From NCBI GenBank assembly GCA_963822965.1, contig CAWGJT010000006.1, positions 32,001-96,000 of the forward strand: 64,000 nucleotides of DNA, written 5' to 3'. The notes under the pieces were generated by a model. That model did no database searches. It saw only the letters and a program-made list of their open reading frames with translations, and was not told the DNA's origin. This document shows, one piece after another, positions 1-10,550 of this stretch (position 1 is the stretch's first letter; every line of letters starts with the position of its first letter). Source of the DNA: an uncultured delta proteobacterium. Lineage in GTDB: Bacteria > Myxococcota_A > UBA9160 > UBA4427. The position numbers and the translations under genes are program-made.

Positions 1-243
1 GATGAGCTCGTTCTCGAGCAGCAGCGCCTCCTTGATGGTGGGCGTCACCACCACCTCGACGTCCGCCGCCCGCTCCATCAGGGCCGGGATCCGGATGCGT
101 CCGTCGCCGCCGCTCACGTACTGGCGGACGCGGCTCTTCAGGTTCTGCGCCTTGCCGACGTAGAGCACCTTCCCGCTCTTCGCGCGGAACAGGTAGACGC
201 CCGCCGCGGTGGGGAGCGCCTCGACTCGCAGGGCTACGCTCAT
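1..243 (-). CDS. uvrC: Excinuclease ABC subunit C, 5' part (truncated by window edge)
   Basis: Manual translation from ATG at 243: [42 protein letters not shown]...[10 protein letters not shown], a GIY-YIG N-terminus. The ATG overlaps the uvrB stop (ATGA). Confidence 0.95.
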   Translation of the reverse strand, partial: MSVALRVEALPTAAGVYLFRAKSGKVLYVGKAQNLKSRVRQYVSGGDGRIRIPALMERAADVEVVVTPTIKEALLLENELI

Positions 244-2267
244 CCCAGCTGGAGCCGCTCTTCTTCCAGCAGCCGGATGCGGTCGCGCAGGTCGGCGGCC
301 TGCTCGAACTCGAGCTCGGCGGCGGCCTTCTTCATCTCGGCCCGCAGGGCCGCGATGAGCTTGGGCAGCTCGTGGGCCGGCGCGGTGGGCGCGCGGCGCT
401 CCCCCTTCACGCCCACGGTCACGTAGTCCGACTCCCAGATCGAGTCGTGGAGGCTCGTGATGCGCTTCTGGACGGTCTGCGGGGTGATGTCGTGCTCGAC
501 GTTGTAGCGGGCCTGCACCTCGCGCCGCCGGCTCGTCTCCTCGAGGGTCCTGCGGATGGAGTCCGTCTCCCGGTCGGCGTAGAGGATCACCCTTCCCCGC
601 ACGTTGCGCGCCGCCCGACCGATGGTCTGGATGAGCGAGCGTGCCGAGCGCAGGAAGCCCTCCTTGTCGGCGTCGAGGATCGCCACCAGCGACACCTCGG
701 GGATGTCCAGCCCCTCGCGCAGCAGGTTGATCCCCACCAGCACGTCGAAGCCGCCCTCGCGCAGCTCGCGGATGATCTCCATGCGCTCGATGGTCTTGAT
801 GTCGCTGTGCAGGTAGCGGATGCGGATGCCGAGCTCCGCGTAGTACTCGGTGAGCTCCTCGGCCATGCGCTTCGTGAGGGTCGTGACGAGCACCCGCTCG
901 CCCCGCTCCACGGTCTCGCGGATGGCGCCGAGCAGGTCGTCCACCTGCCCGCTGGCCGGCCGCACGTCCACCTCGGGATCCATCAGGCCCGTGGGCCGGA
1001 TGATCTGCTCGACCACCACGCCCCCGCTCTTCTGCAGCTCGTACTCCGCCGGGGTGGCCGAGAGGTAGAGGCGCTGCTTGGCCCGCTCCTCCCACTCCTC
1101 GAAGCGCAGGGGCCGGTTGTCGAGGGCCGAGGGCAGGCGCCAGCCGTACTCGACCAGGGTCTCCTTGCGCGCCCGGTCGCCGCGGTACATGCCGCCGATC
1201 TGGGGTACCGAGATGTGGCTCTCGTCGAGCACGACGAGGGCGTCCTCGGGCAGGTAGTCGTAGAGGGTGTACGGCGTCTCACCGGCCTCGCGTCCGTCGA
1301 GCCAGCGCGAGTAGTTCTCGACGCCGTGGCAGAAGCCCATCTCCTGCAGCATCTCGAGATCGTACTTCGTGCGCTGCTCCAGGCGCTGGGCCTCGAGCAG
1401 CTTGCCCTCGCGCTGGAAGGTGGCCACGCGCTCGGCCAGCTCTTCCTTGATGCCTTCCACGGCCCGCTGCAGCCGGACCTCGGTGGCCACGTAGTGGCTC
1501 GCGGGATGGATCAGGCTGCGCTTGGGCCGGGCCAGCACCTTGCCGCGCAGGGGATCGATCTCGGCGATGCTCTCGATCTCGTCGCCGAAGAGCTCCACCC
1601 GGATGGCGCGCTCGGCCTCGTACTGGGGAAAGATCTCGACCACGTCACCACGCACCCGGAAGGTGCCGCGGTGGAAGTCCAGATCGTTGCGCTTGTACTG
1701 CATGTCCACCAGGGCGTGCAGCAGCTCCTGCCGGGGCATCTGCGCCCCCGCCTCCAGGAAGACGTGCATCGAGCCGTAGTTCTCCGGCGCGCCCAGGCCG
1801 TAGATGCAGGAGACGCTGGCCACCACCAGCACGTCACGCCGGGTGAGCAGGGAGTGCGTCGCCGAGTGCCGCAGCTTGTCGATCTCGTCGTTGATCGACG
1901 AATCCTTCTCGATGTACGTGTCGCTGGAAGGAATGTACGCCTCGGGCTGGTAGTAGTCGTAGTACGAGACGAAGTACTCGACGGCGTTGTGCGGGAAGAG
2001 CTCCTTGAACTCGGCGTAGAGCTGGGCGGCCAGGGTCTTGTTGGGCGACATCACCAGGGTGGGACGGTTCACGGTCTCCACCACGCAGGCCACCGTGAAG
2101 GTCTTGCCGCTGCCGGTCACCCCGAGCAAGGTCTGGTGCGGGTCGCCCCGCCGCAGGCCCTCGACCAGCTCGCGGATGGCGCCCGGCTGGTCGCCCATGG
2201 GCTCGTAGGACGAGACCAGCTCGAACGGTCGATCGCTGCGCTCGGCTCCGCGCTCGCTCGTGCTCAT
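240..2267 (-). CDS. uvrB: Excinuclease ABC subunit B
   Basis: GVTGSGKT Walker [28 protein letters not shown]-terminal UVR motif ([11 protein letters not shown]). Confidence 0.99.
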   Translation of the reverse strand: MSTSERGAERSDRPFELVSSYEPMGDQPGAIRELVEGLRRGDPHQTLLGVTGSGKTFTVACVVETVNRPTLVMSPNKTLAAQLYAEFKELFPHNAVEYFVSYYDYYQPEAYIPSSDTYIEKDSSINDEIDKLRHSATHSLLTRRDVLVVASVSCIYGLGAPENYGSMHVFLEAGAQMPRQELLHALVDMQYKRNDLDFHRGTFRVRGDVVEIFPQYEAERAIRVELFGDEIESIAEIDPLRGKVLARPKRSLIHPASHYVATEVRLQRAVEGIKEELAERVATFQREGKLLEAQRLEQRTKYDLEMLQEMGFCHGVENYSRWLDGREAGETPYTLYDYLPEDALVVLDESHISVPQIGGMYRGDRARKETLVEYGWRLPSALDNRPLRFEEWEERAKQRLYLSATPAEYELQKSGGVVVEQIIRPTGLMDPEVDVRPASGQVDDLLGAIRETVERGERVLVTTLTKRMAEELTEYYAELGIRIRYLHSDIKTIERMEIIRELREGGFDVLVGINLLREGLDIPEVSLVAILDADKEGFLRSARSLIQTIGRAARNVRGRVILYADRETDSIRRTLEETSRRREVQARYNVEHDITPQTVQKRITSLHDSIWESDYVTVGVKGERRAPTAPAHELPKLIAALRAEMKKAAAELEFEQAADLRDRIRLLEEERLQLG

Positions 2268-2280
2268 GGTCGCCTCCCGT

Positions 2281-3702
2281 TCATCGCCGCCGCCAGCGCG
2301 GCCCCTCGGGCGTGTCGACGATTTCGATGCCGCGGGCCTCCAGCTCGTCCCGGATGCGGTCGGCCGCCGCCCAGTCCTTCGCGGCCCGGGCCCGCTGGCG
2401 ATCGGCGAGCATCGCGTCGATCTCGGGATCCGACTCGAAGGCCGGCGCCGCCGGGTCGGCGGTCACCAGGTCGAGCCCCAAGATGCGATCGAAGTGAAGC
2501 AGCAGCGCGCGTCGCACCCCGGGCGGAAGCTCCTCCCGGGCGCGCGCCACGTCCCAGGCCAGGGCCAGGGCCTTGGGCGCATTGAGATCGTCGCGCATGG
2601 CGTCGCAGAAGCGCTCGCGATGTCCCGTCGGATCGCCCTCCCCCGCCTCGCCGGCGCGCTCGACCGGTGCGTCGCGCACCTCGGCGGCCAGACCCAGCAG
2701 CCGCCGGTAGCCGGTGGCCGCGGCGTCCATGGCCTCGGGCGTATAGGTCTGCTGCTGGCGGTAGTGGGCCTGGAGCAGGAAGTAGCGGAACGCCAGAGGC
2801 TCGATGCCCCGGGCCACGAGGTCCGAGAGCAGGGCCACGTTGCCGGTGGACTTGGCCATCTTCTCGCCCTGGAAGTCGATGAACTCGTTGTGCATCCACA
2901 CGTTCACCCAGGGATGCGAGCCCGTGGCGCCCTCGGACTGGGCGATCTCGTTCGTGTGGTGGACGCGGACGTGGTCGATGCCGCCCGTGTGGATGTCGAA
3001 GTGCTCGCCCAGGTACTTCATGCTCATGGCCGAGCATTCGAGATGCCAGCCCGGAAAGCCCCGACCCCAGGGCGAGTCCCACTCCTGCTGCCGCTGCACC
3101 CCCGGCGCCGCGAACTTCCAGATCGCGAAGTCGGCGGGATGGCGCTTGCCCGTCACCTGCTCGATGCGCCCGTGCTCGGCCTGGCCGGCAAGATCGAGGC
3201 CGGCGAACTGGGCGTAGCGCGGGAAGTGCGAGACGTCGAAGTAGATGCCGTCCTCGAGCCGATAGGTGAAGCCCTTCTCCTCGAGGCGCCGGGCCAGGGT
3301 GATCTGCTCGTTGATGTGCTCCGTGGCACGGCACAGCACGTCGGGATCCCGGACGTTGAGCGCCCGCCGGTCCGCCAACCACTGCTCGGTGTACATCGCG
3401 GCGATCTCGAGGGCGCTGCGCCCCGCCCGGGCGGCGGCCACCTCCATCTTGTCCTCGCCCACGTCGCTGTCGCCGGCCAGGTGGCCCACGTCGGTCACGT
3501 TGATGACGTGGGTGACCTGGTAGCCCTCGGCCTCCAGGGTGCGGCGCAGCAGGTCGGCGAACACGTAGGGGCGCAGGTTGCCCAGGTGCTGGGGGGCGTA
3601 GACCGTCGGCCCGCAGCTGTAGATGCGGACCCGGCCCGGCACGATGGGCTCGAAGGGCTCCTTGCGCGCGGTGCGCGTGTTGTAGAAGACGAGGCGGCTC
3701 AC
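2281..3702 (-). CDS. cysS: Cysteine--tRNA ligase
   Basis: CGPTVY, HLGN (HIGH), [23 protein letters not shown] motifs. Confidence 0.98.
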   Translation of the reverse strand: MSRLVFYNTRTARKEPFEPIVPGRVRIYSCGPTVYAPQHLGNLRPYVFADLLRRTLEAEGYQVTHVINVTDVGHLAGDSDVGEDKMEVAAARAGRSALEIAAMYTEQWLADRRALNVRDPDVLCRATEHINEQITLARRLEEKGFTYRLEDGIYFDVSHFPRYAQFAGLDLAGQAEHGRIEQVTGKRHPADFAIWKFAAPGVQRQQEWDSPWGRGFPGWHLECSAMSMKYLGEHFDIHTGGIDHVRVHHTNEIAQSEGATGSHPWVNVWMHNEFIDFQGEKMAKSTGNVALLSDLVARGIEPLAFRYFLLQAHYRQQQTYTPEAMDAAATGYRRLLGLAAEVRDAPVERAGEAGEGDPTGHRERFCDAMRDDLNAPKALALAWDVARAREELPPGVRRALLLHFDRILGLDLVTADPAAPAFESDPEIDAMLADRQRARAAKDWAAADRIRDELEARGIEIVDTPEGPRWRRR

Positions 3703-3792
3703 GGTCGAAGCGACTCCACGACGGACGAGCGCGCCGGGAGCGGCCGGCAGCTCGAGAACGGACGGATTCGAACAGGGGAGCGCACCGGGAAC

Positions 3793-4284
3793 CTACTCCG
3801 CCACGGGTTCCAGCAACACTGCTGACAGGGCGGCGATGCCCTCGGCGCGCCCGACGGCGCCCAGCTGGTCCGTGCTGGTGACCTTCACGTTGACGCGATC
3901 CGGGCCGACGCCCAGCAGCGCCGCCAGATTCGCGCGCATCCGGGGCTGGTGCGCGGCGAGCCGCGGCGCCTGGGCGACGATCGTGGCGTCCAGGTTCGCC
4001 ACGCGCATGGCCGCCTCGCGCATCATGGCCACCACCCGCTCGACGATGCGCGCGCTGTCGATGCCGCGGAGCGACTCGTCCGAGGACGGAAAGTGCCGGC
4101 CGAGGTCGCCCTCGCCCAGGGCGCCCAGCAGCGCGTCGGCCACGGCGTGCAGCAGCACGTCGCCGTCCGAGTGCCCCTCGAGCCCGCGCCCGCCGGTCTC
4201 GGCCGCCGGAATCTCCACCCCGCCCAGCACCAGGCGACGGCCGGCGACGAGCCGGTGGGCGTCGAAGCCCTGCCCGATGCGCAT
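3793..4284 (-). CDS. ispF: 2-C-methyl-D-erythritol 2,4-cyclodiphosphate synthase
   Basis: MRIGQGFDAH, GHSDGDVLLHA, GDLGRHFP motifs. Confidence 0.98.
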   Translation of the reverse strand: MRIGQGFDAHRLVAGRRLVLGGVEIPAAETGGRGLEGHSDGDVLLHAVADALLGALGEGDLGRHFPSSDESLRGIDSARIVERVVAMMREAAMRVANLDATIVAQAPRLAAHQPRMRANLAALLGVGPDRVNVKVTSTDQLGAVGRAEGIAALSAVLLEPVAE

Positions 4285-4994
4285 CACCGCTCCAGCCCGG
4301 AGAGCGCCTCGGCCCGCTCCACCAGGGCCTCGGCGATCACCAGATCGATCGGGTGGGTGATCTTCAGGTTGTGGACCGATCCCAGCACGATGCGCACCGG
4401 CACGCCGAGGCGCTCCACGAGCTGGGCGTCGTCGGTGGCCTCGAAGCCCTCGGCCTGGGCCTTGGCGAGGGCTTCACGCAGCAGATCCACCCGGAATACC
4501 TGGGGGGTCTGGGCCACCCAGCAGGCGCTGCGCTCGGGGGTCGACTGCACGAGGCCGCCTCGAACGAGCTTCACCGTATCGGGGCTCGGCCGGGCCAGGA
4601 TCGCGGCACCCGACGCCCAGGCTCCCTGGATCACCGCCTCCACCTCGGGCTCCGAGACGAGGCAACGCGCCGCGTCGTGCACCGCCACCCACTCCACGTC
4701 GGCGGACAGGGCATCGAGACCCGCCTGAACCGAGTCCTGGCGCCGGGCCCCGCCGGGAATCGGATCCGCACGCTTCGGTCCGCCGGGCGCCACCCGGTCC
4801 CACAGCGCGGCGTGATCCGCCGGCACCACCGGCAGCACGTGGTCCACGAGACGAGCGCGCTCGAGCGTCTCCAGCGAGCGCTCGACGATGCACCTTCCCC
4901 CGAGCGACACGAAGGCCTTGGGCATCGCGCCCCCCAGTCGGGTGCCCTGCCCCGCCGCCAGCACCAGTGCCGCCACCTGCCCGTTGCCCTGCAT
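4284..4994 (-). CDS. ispD: 2-C-methyl-D-erythritol 4-phosphate cytidylyltransferase (start uncertain, 4994 or 5021)
   Basis: LAAGQGTRLG, PKAF, GGARRQDSV, VHDAAR, QTPQ, TDD, NLKITHP. Confidence 0.97.
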   Translation of the reverse strand: MQGNGQVAALVLAAGQGTRLGGAMPKAFVSLGGRCIVERSLETLERARLVDHVLPVVPADHAALWDRVAPGGPKRADPIPGGARRQDSVQAGLDALSADVEWVAVHDAARCLVSEPEVEAVIQGAWASGAAILARPSPDTVKLVRGGLVQSTPERSACWVAQTPQVFRVDLLREALAKAQAEGFEATDDAQLVERLGVPVRIVLGSVHNLKITHPIDLVIAEALVERAEALSGLER

Positions 4995-5085
4995 GGCCGA
5001 CGAGGATAGAACAGCGCGCACGCGGGGGTGCCCCGCACCCTGCGGGAGTTGTTAGAGTCCGGCCCGCGCCCGTGGAGGAGCCTCG

Positions 5086-6783
5086 ATGAGTCGACATTCC
5101 CGCATGCCGTTGGCCCTCGCTCTGCTGGTCCTCGGCACCCTCGTCCCGGGGTCCCGGGCGAGCGCCCAGATGAGCCCGGAGAACGAGCTGGGGACCTCCG
5201 ACGTCGAGGCCATGGACGACACGGAGCACTACGAGCAGAGCCTCGCGGGCGAGCGCGACGAGGACGCAGGCGACAAGCTGCCCCTGCACCTGTCCGACGC
5301 CGTCGCCCAGGGAATCGAGAACAACCTCCAGCTGCAGGTGGATCGCTTCGATCCGCTGATCGCCTGGGAGGGCAAGGCGACGACCTGGGGCGCCTATGAC
5401 CCGACCTTCTCCGGCAGTGTCGGGTACGGATCCGACTACACGCCGAACCCCAACAGGCTGTTCGGCGCCGCCCGCAACCGCGCTCGCACGACGGACGGCG
5501 CGCTCGGCCTGGACGCCCTCGTGCCCTGGCTCGGCGCCTCGATCGGCCTGGAGTCGACCGGCAGCAAGCTCGATTCGACGCAGTTCTCCAACTTCCAGAC
5601 GCTGCGACCCGAGTACCGCTCCGGCATTGCCGTGACCGGCACGCTTCCTCTGCTCAAGGGACTCATCTGGAACGAGCCGTGGACCCTGGTGAAGACCTCC
5701 CAGACGCTGTACGAGAACTCTCGCGAAGCCTTCCGCGCCAACCTGATGGACGTGGTCCAGAACATCGAGACCCTCTACTGGGACCTCGTCGCCCAGAAGC
5801 AGGCGGTGCGCGTGGCCGAGAAGAGCCTCGAGACGGCCCGCTCGCTGCTCGACCAGACGAAGACCCAGTACGAGGTGGGCGTGAAGTCGAAGGTCGAGGT
5901 GGTGGAGGCCGAGGCCGGCGTGGCCGCGCGCGAGTTCGACCTGATCGTGGCGGTGAACCGCTTTCGGCGGGCCCAGGACAACCTGATCGACGCCGTCTAC
6001 GGCACCCAGCTCACCCCCGGCACCCACCTGGAGATCGTGCCGGCGGACGATCCCGAGAACTACGTCGCCTACCAGATCGACACGGTGGAGGCCGCCGAGA
6101 AGGCCTTCCACAACCGCCCCGAGCTGCAGCAGGCCGAGTACGAGATCGATCGCCAGCAGTTCGAGCTCAAGTTCGCGAAGAACCAGCGACTACCGCAGTT
6201 CGACATCCAGGGCCGCTACGGCGTGAACGGTCTCCGCGGCAAGGGCTTCGGCGCGAGCGACGTCGATCCGGGTCCGGGCGTGGACCTGCAACCCAATCCG
6301 GATACGGGCGACTACAGCGACACGTACCACGATTGGTTCACGGACTCCGGCGGGCAGGAGTTCTCGGTCCGCGGGGTCGTCTCCATTCCGATCGGAAACG
6401 TGGGCGCACGCCACACGGTCTCCCGGCGCCAGCTCGAGCTGCGCCGGGCCAAGACCACCCTCACCCAGCTCAAGCAGCAGATCATCCTCCAGGTGCGCGA
6501 CGGCGCCCGCAACCTGGCGTCCGCCCAGGAGGGCATCGAGGCCGCCAATCGACGACAGGTGGCTGCCGCCGAGCAGCTGCGCGCCGAGCGCGTGCGCCTC
6601 GAGTACGGCGAATCCACACCCTTCCGGGTGCTCGAGAAGGAATCCGACCTCGTGTCGGCCGAGAACCAGAAGATCACGGCACTCTTCACGTACCGGAAGT
6701 CCGTGGTCGATCTCCACCGGGCCCAGGGCACCATCCTGCAGGCCCGGAACATCGTCGTCGAAGACGCTGCCACCCTGCGATAA
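5086..6783 (+). CDS. TolC-family outer membrane efflux protein
   Basis: GGAGGAG SD, signal peptide, two OEP repeats (YWDLVAQKQAVRVAEKSL; AAAEQLRAERVRLEYGESTPFRVL). Confidence 0.88.
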   Translation: MSRHSRMPLALALLVLGTLVPGSRASAQMSPENELGTSDVEAMDDTEHYEQSLAGERDEDAGDKLPLHLSDAVAQGIENNLQLQVDRFDPLIAWEGKATTWGAYDPTFSGSVGYGSDYTPNPNRLFGAARNRARTTDGALGLDALVPWLGASIGLESTGSKLDSTQFSNFQTLRPEYRSGIAVTGTLPLLKGLIWNEPWTLVKTSQTLYENSREAFRANLMDVVQNIETLYWDLVAQKQAVRVAEKSLETARSLLDQTKTQYEVGVKSKVEVVEAEAGVAAREFDLIVAVNRFRRAQDNLIDAVYGTQLTPGTHLEIVPADDPENYVAYQIDTVEAAEKAFHNRPELQQAEYEIDRQQFELKFAKNQRLPQFDIQGRYGVNGLRGKGFGASDVDPGPGVDLQPNPDTGDYSDTYHDWFTDSGGQEFSVRGVVSIPIGNVGARHTVSRRQLELRRAKTTLTQLKQQIILQVRDGARNLASAQEGIEAANRRQVAAAEQLRAERVRLEYGESTPFRVLEKESDLVSAENQKITALFTYRKSVVDLHRAQGTILQARNIVVEDAATLR

Positions 6784-6820
6784 CCTCCGCCGCCGGACAC
6801 CAGGGGGGAATCGACAGCGC

Positions 6821-7348
6821 ATGAGTCTGTTCGGATCGGGTGGACGCAAAGACGAGGGAGCGCCGGCACCGGACGTGCGCCAGCACACGCAGTCCGAGAG
6901 CCGCGCCTCCGAAGAGCGGCAGGCAGGTCGGGATCGGGTCCACAGGGACCGGGGAGGAGAGTCCGTGGCGAGCTTCGGCAAGTCGATCGTCTTCAAGGGA
7001 GACCTGACCGGCGACGAGGACCTCGAGATCGAGGGCCGCGTCGAAGGCCAGGTGAAGCTTCCCAACCACCAGCTCACCATCGGCGCACACGGCAAGGTGA
7101 CCGCCGAGGTCGAGGCCAAGACCGTGATCGTCGTGGGTCACGTCTCGGGCAACGTGAGCGCCAGCGAACGGGTCGAGGTGCAGGCCTCGGGCGTGGTGGA
7201 CGGGGACATTCGCGCCCCCCGCCTCCTCATCCAGGAAGGGGCCGTGGTGAACGGCAGCATCCAGATGGGCGCCCCGGCCAAGGCCGGCGAGAAGCCGGTC
7301 CCCAGCGCCGCCAGCTCGAATCCGGAGCCCGCCCGCAAGATCGGCTGA
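6821..7348 (+). CDS. Bactofilin (polymer-forming cytoskeletal protein); alternative GTG start at 6965 after GGAGGAG
   Basis: GKSIVFKGDLTGDEDLEIEGRVEG...VVDGDIRAPRLLIQEGAVVNGSIQM beta-helix pattern. Confidence 0.93.
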   Translation: MSLFGSGGRKDEGAPAPDVRQHTQSESRASEERQAGRDRVHRDRGGESVASFGKSIVFKGDLTGDEDLEIEGRVEGQVKLPNHQLTIGAHGKVTAEVEAKTVIVVGHVSGNVSASERVEVQASGVVDGDIRAPRLLIQEGAVVNGSIQMGAPAKAGEKPVPSAASSNPEPARKIG

Positions 7349-7369
7349 CGCGGACCCCGGCGCCGCGGC

Positions 7370-8587
7370 TCAGCGCCGGGCGGCGCTCTTCCGTTTCTTG
7401 CGGCTCGTCCGGCTCGAGGTCGGGGAGCTCGCCGAGCCGGACGGGCTCGAGGCCGGGGACTTCCCCGAGCCGGACGGGCTCGACCCCGACGTGGCGCCCC
7501 GCGACCGCGCGCGCCGTTGCTTCTCCGCCTGCTCGTGGGCGGCGCCCTTGCCGTAGCGCCGCTCGAGCACCAGCAGCACCGGCGCCGCGATGTACATCGA
7601 CGAGTAGGTGCCCACGAAGACGCCGAGGATCATCGCGAACGCGAAGGGCTGGATCACCGGCCCGCCCAGGAAGTACAGGGACAGCAGGGCCAGCAGGGTG
7701 GTGCCCGACGTGAGCACCGTGCGCGAGAGCGTCTGGTTCACGCTGTCGTTCAGCACCGTGGGCAGATCGAGGCTCGTGTGCAGGCTCATGTTCTCGCGCA
7801 CGCGGTCGTAGATGATGATCGTGTCGTTGAGCGAGTAGCCCAGGATGGCGAGCATGGCCGCCAGGATGCGCAGGTCGAACTCCATCCCCAGGATGACGAA
7901 GACCCCCGCCGTGATGAGCAGATCGTGGATCGAGGCGACGATGGCGCCCGGCGCGTAGCGCGTGTTGAAGCGGAAGGCGATGTAGATCAGGATCGCGATG
8001 CTCGCGAAGAGCAGCGACTTCAGGCCGTCGTCCCGCAGCTCGGCGCCCACCCGGGGGCCCACGAACTCGACGCGCTCGATGGTGACCTTTCCGATGGCGC
8101 CCTCGAGGGCCTTCGTGAGCCGAACGATCAGGTCCGAGCCCTGCACGTCCGCATCGCCTTCGGCCGCGCCGGCGCCCTCGTCCTGGGCCGCGGCGACCGC
8201 CTCGTCTGCGGGGGCCTCGGCCGCGTCGGCACCCTCCCCGGCGGCCGCGTCCGCCGGCGCCGTCTCCTCGTCCTCCGTGTTGATGTTGCCCGAGAAGCGG
8301 ATGAGGTACTCGTTGGCGCCGGGCTCGCCGTAGCGGACGACGCTCGGCTCCTTGATGTCCAGCGGTCCGGTCAGCACCTCGCGGATGGCGCCGTCCGACG
8401 CGTCGACCCCCGGCGCGAAGGCGAGCTGCACCTCGGTGCCGCCCGCGAAGTCGATCCCCATGCGGATGCCCTGGATCGGGATCGCGATGATCGACGCCAG
8501 CAGCACCAGCCCCGACGCGGCCGCGCAGATGCGCCGCTTGCCGATGAAATCGATGTGGGTACCGGACGGTATGATCTCCCAGGACAC
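7370..8587 (-). CDS. secF: Protein translocase subunit SecF
   Basis: GTG start after AGGAGG; GIDFAGG, VGPRVGAEL, IHDLLIT, GYSLNDTIIIYDRVREN, GTYSS. The track ORF (to 10228) is over-extended. Confidence 0.97.
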   Translation of the reverse strand: MSWEIIPSGTHIDFIGKRRICAAASGLVLLASIIAIPIQGIRMGIDFAGGTEVQLAFAPGVDASDGAIREVLTGPLDIKEPSVVRYGEPGANEYLIRFSGNINTEDEETAPADAAAGEGADAAEAPADEAVAAAQDEGAGAAEGDADVQGSDLIVRLTKALEGAIGKVTIERVEFVGPRVGAELRDDGLKSLLFASIAILIYIAFRFNTRYAPGAIVASIHDLLITAGVFVILGMEFDLRILAAMLAILGYSLNDTIIIYDRVRENMSLHTSLDLPTVLNDSVNQTLSRTVLTSGTTLLALLSLYFLGGPVIQPFAFAMILGVFVGTYSSMYIAAPVLLVLERRYGKGAAHEQAEKQRRARSRGATSGSSPSGSGKSPASSPSGSASSPTSSRTSRKKRKSAARR

Positions 8588-8598
8588 CGGGGATCCTC

Positions 8599-10182
8599 CT
8601 AGATCGAGAGCTCGGCCATGGGTCGGTCGCCGGGATACAGGTGGAAGAGCAGCCGCGTGATGACGAGCGCCGTGAAGACGCTGGTCACGATGCCGACCGA
8701 GAGGGTCACCGCGAAGCCCTTGATGGGACCGGTCCCGTACTGGAACAGGATGACGGCCGTGATGAGCGTGGTGATGTTCGCGTCGAGCACCGTCCAGAGC
8801 GCCTTGTAGAAGCCCGTGGCGATGGAAGTTCGCACCGTCTTGCCGATCCGGAGCTCTTCGCGGATGCGCTCGAAGATGATCACGTTGGCGTCGATGGCCA
8901 TGCCGACGGTGAGCACCAGACCCGCGATGCCGGGCAGCGTGAGGGTCGCGTCGAAGAGCGACATCACGCCGATCAGCATCACCAGGTTCGCCACCAGGGC
9001 GATGCTCGCGTACACCCCCGAGAGCCGGTAGTAGCCCACCGCGAAGCCCAGCACGAGGATCAGCCCGACCGCCGACGCCATCACGCCGCTGTCGATGGAG
9101 TCCTGCCCGAGCGCCGGACCGATGGTGCGCTCCTCCTCGATCACGACGGGCACCGAGAGCGCGCCGGCGCGCAGCACCACCGCGAGGTCGGCCGCCTCCT
9201 GGGAAGAGAAGCGTCCGGTGATCTGCCCGCGCGTGGTGATGCGGCTGTTGATGGTCGGGGCGCTGTAGACGTTGTCGTCCAGGATGATCGCCAGGGGCTT
9301 GCCGATGTTCTCCTCGGTGAGCTTGCCGAAGATCTCGCCGCCGTCGGGGTTGAAGCGGAAGTTCACCAGCGGGCGCTGTTGGGGGTCGAAGCCCACCCGC
9401 GCGTCCTCGAGGTAGTCGCCGGTGATGTCGGGCGTCTTCGGCACCAGGTAGGCCGCGGTGACGCGATCCGTCTCCCGGTCGCGCTCGAGCTGGATCATGT
9501 CGCCTTCGGGCAGGCCGTCGGGGTAGCGGGCACGCAGCAGCTCCTCGCTCACGTCCCGGTCCTTGACGATCTTGAACTCGAGGAAGCCCGTCGACTTGAG
9601 GAGCGAGCGCGCCCGGGTGCGGTCGATCTGGCCGCCCGGGATCTGCACGAGCACCCGGTCGATCCCCTGCCGGGTGACGACCGAGTCGGGAATGCCGCGC
9701 ACCGGATCGTCGATGCGGCGCCGGAGCACCTCGAGCACCTGCAGCATGGTGCGCTCGCGGATCTCCTTCTCCCAGCGCGAGGTGAGCGTGAAGCGCAGGG
9801 TGTTGCCGTCGCGCCCGGCCGACTGCAGCACCCCCGTGTCCTCGGCCGCGGTCTCGACCTTGTCGGCGTCCGCCTCCGAGGCCGCCTCGACCACCAGCTG
9901 GCCCTTCTCGACGCTCAGGTGCTCGGACGTGACGCCCTCCTGCTCCAGGGCGTCCTTCACGTTGCTGCGCAGGTAGTCGAGCTCGCGCGCGACGGCGGCC
10001 GGAAGGTCGACGCCCACCACCCAGTGGATGCCGCCCTGCAGGTCGAGCCCCAGCCGCAGGCTGTCGTCGGGCAGCCAGTTGCTGGCCAGGCGCTCCTGCT
10101 TGGGAATGAAGTTCGCCACCGCGAGCCACGCGAACAGCAGCACGACCGCACTCGTCGAGATCCACCGCCAGCGCAGGCTCAC
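8599..10182 (-). CDS. secD: Protein translocase subunit SecD
   Basis: LGLDLQGG, LRAGAL, IGPALG, TLPGIAG, GMAIDANVIIFERIREE; GTG start overlaps the yajC stop. Confidence 0.97.
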   Translation of the reverse strand: MSLRWRWISTSAVVLLFAWLAVANFIPKQERLASNWLPDDSLRLGLDLQGGIHWVVGVDLPAAVARELDYLRSNVKDALEQEGVTSEHLSVEKGQLVVEAASEADADKVETAAEDTGVLQSAGRDGNTLRFTLTSRWEKEIRERTMLQVLEVLRRRIDDPVRGIPDSVVTRQGIDRVLVQIPGGQIDRTRARSLLKSTGFLEFKIVKDRDVSEELLRARYPDGLPEGDMIQLERDRETDRVTAAYLVPKTPDITGDYLEDARVGFDPQQRPLVNFRFNPDGGEIFGKLTEENIGKPLAIILDDNVYSAPTINSRITTRGQITGRFSSQEAADLAVVLRAGALSVPVVIEEERTIGPALGQDSIDSGVMASAVGLILVLGFAVGYYRLSGVYASIALVANLVMLIGVMSLFDATLTLPGIAGLVLTVGMAIDANVIIFERIREELRIGKTVRTSIATGFYKALWTVLDANITTLITAVILFQYGTGPIKGFAVTLSVGIVTSVFTALVITRLLFHLYPGDRPMAELSI

Positions 10183-10550
10183 GCCTCGTCTCCCTTCTTG
10201 TCCTTCTTGCCGTCCGCGTCGGCGCCACCGCCCCGGGGCGCGACGCTCTCGATCCGGGCGCGTGACACCTGCACGCGCACCGCCTGGCCCTTCAGGTTGG
10301 CGATCTCCAGGGTGACCGTGTCCTCGGCGGTGGCCACGATCTTGCCGTGCAGGCCCCCGGCGGTGACCACGTGATCGCCCTTGGCGGCGCTCTTGACCGC
10401 CTCCTCGAGGGCGCGCTGCTTCTTCTGCTGCGGCCGCAGCACGAGGAAGTAGAAGATCGCGAAGATCGCTCCCATCATCAGGAAGAAGCTCGCGTCCATT
10501 CCGCGGGCCGCGGGCGCGGCCTCCTGCGCGGCGTACCAGAACCGGTTCAT
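10179..10550 (-). CDS. yajC: Preprotein translocase subunit YajC
   Basis: FYFLVLRPQQKKQ, KGDHVVTAGGLHGKI; immediately upstream of secD. Confidence 0.96.
   Translation of the reverse strand: MNRFWYAAQEAAPAARGMDASFFLMMGAIFAIFYFLVLRPQQKKQRALEEAVKSAAKGDHVVTAGGLHGKIVATAEDTVTLEIANLKGQAVRVQVSRARIESVAPRGGGADADGKKDKKGDEA

Noticed and set aside
3762..3771. GTTCGAATCC T-loop-like word between ispF and cysS (minus strand)
   Set aside because: No T-stem, acceptor stem or D-arm can be formed around it.
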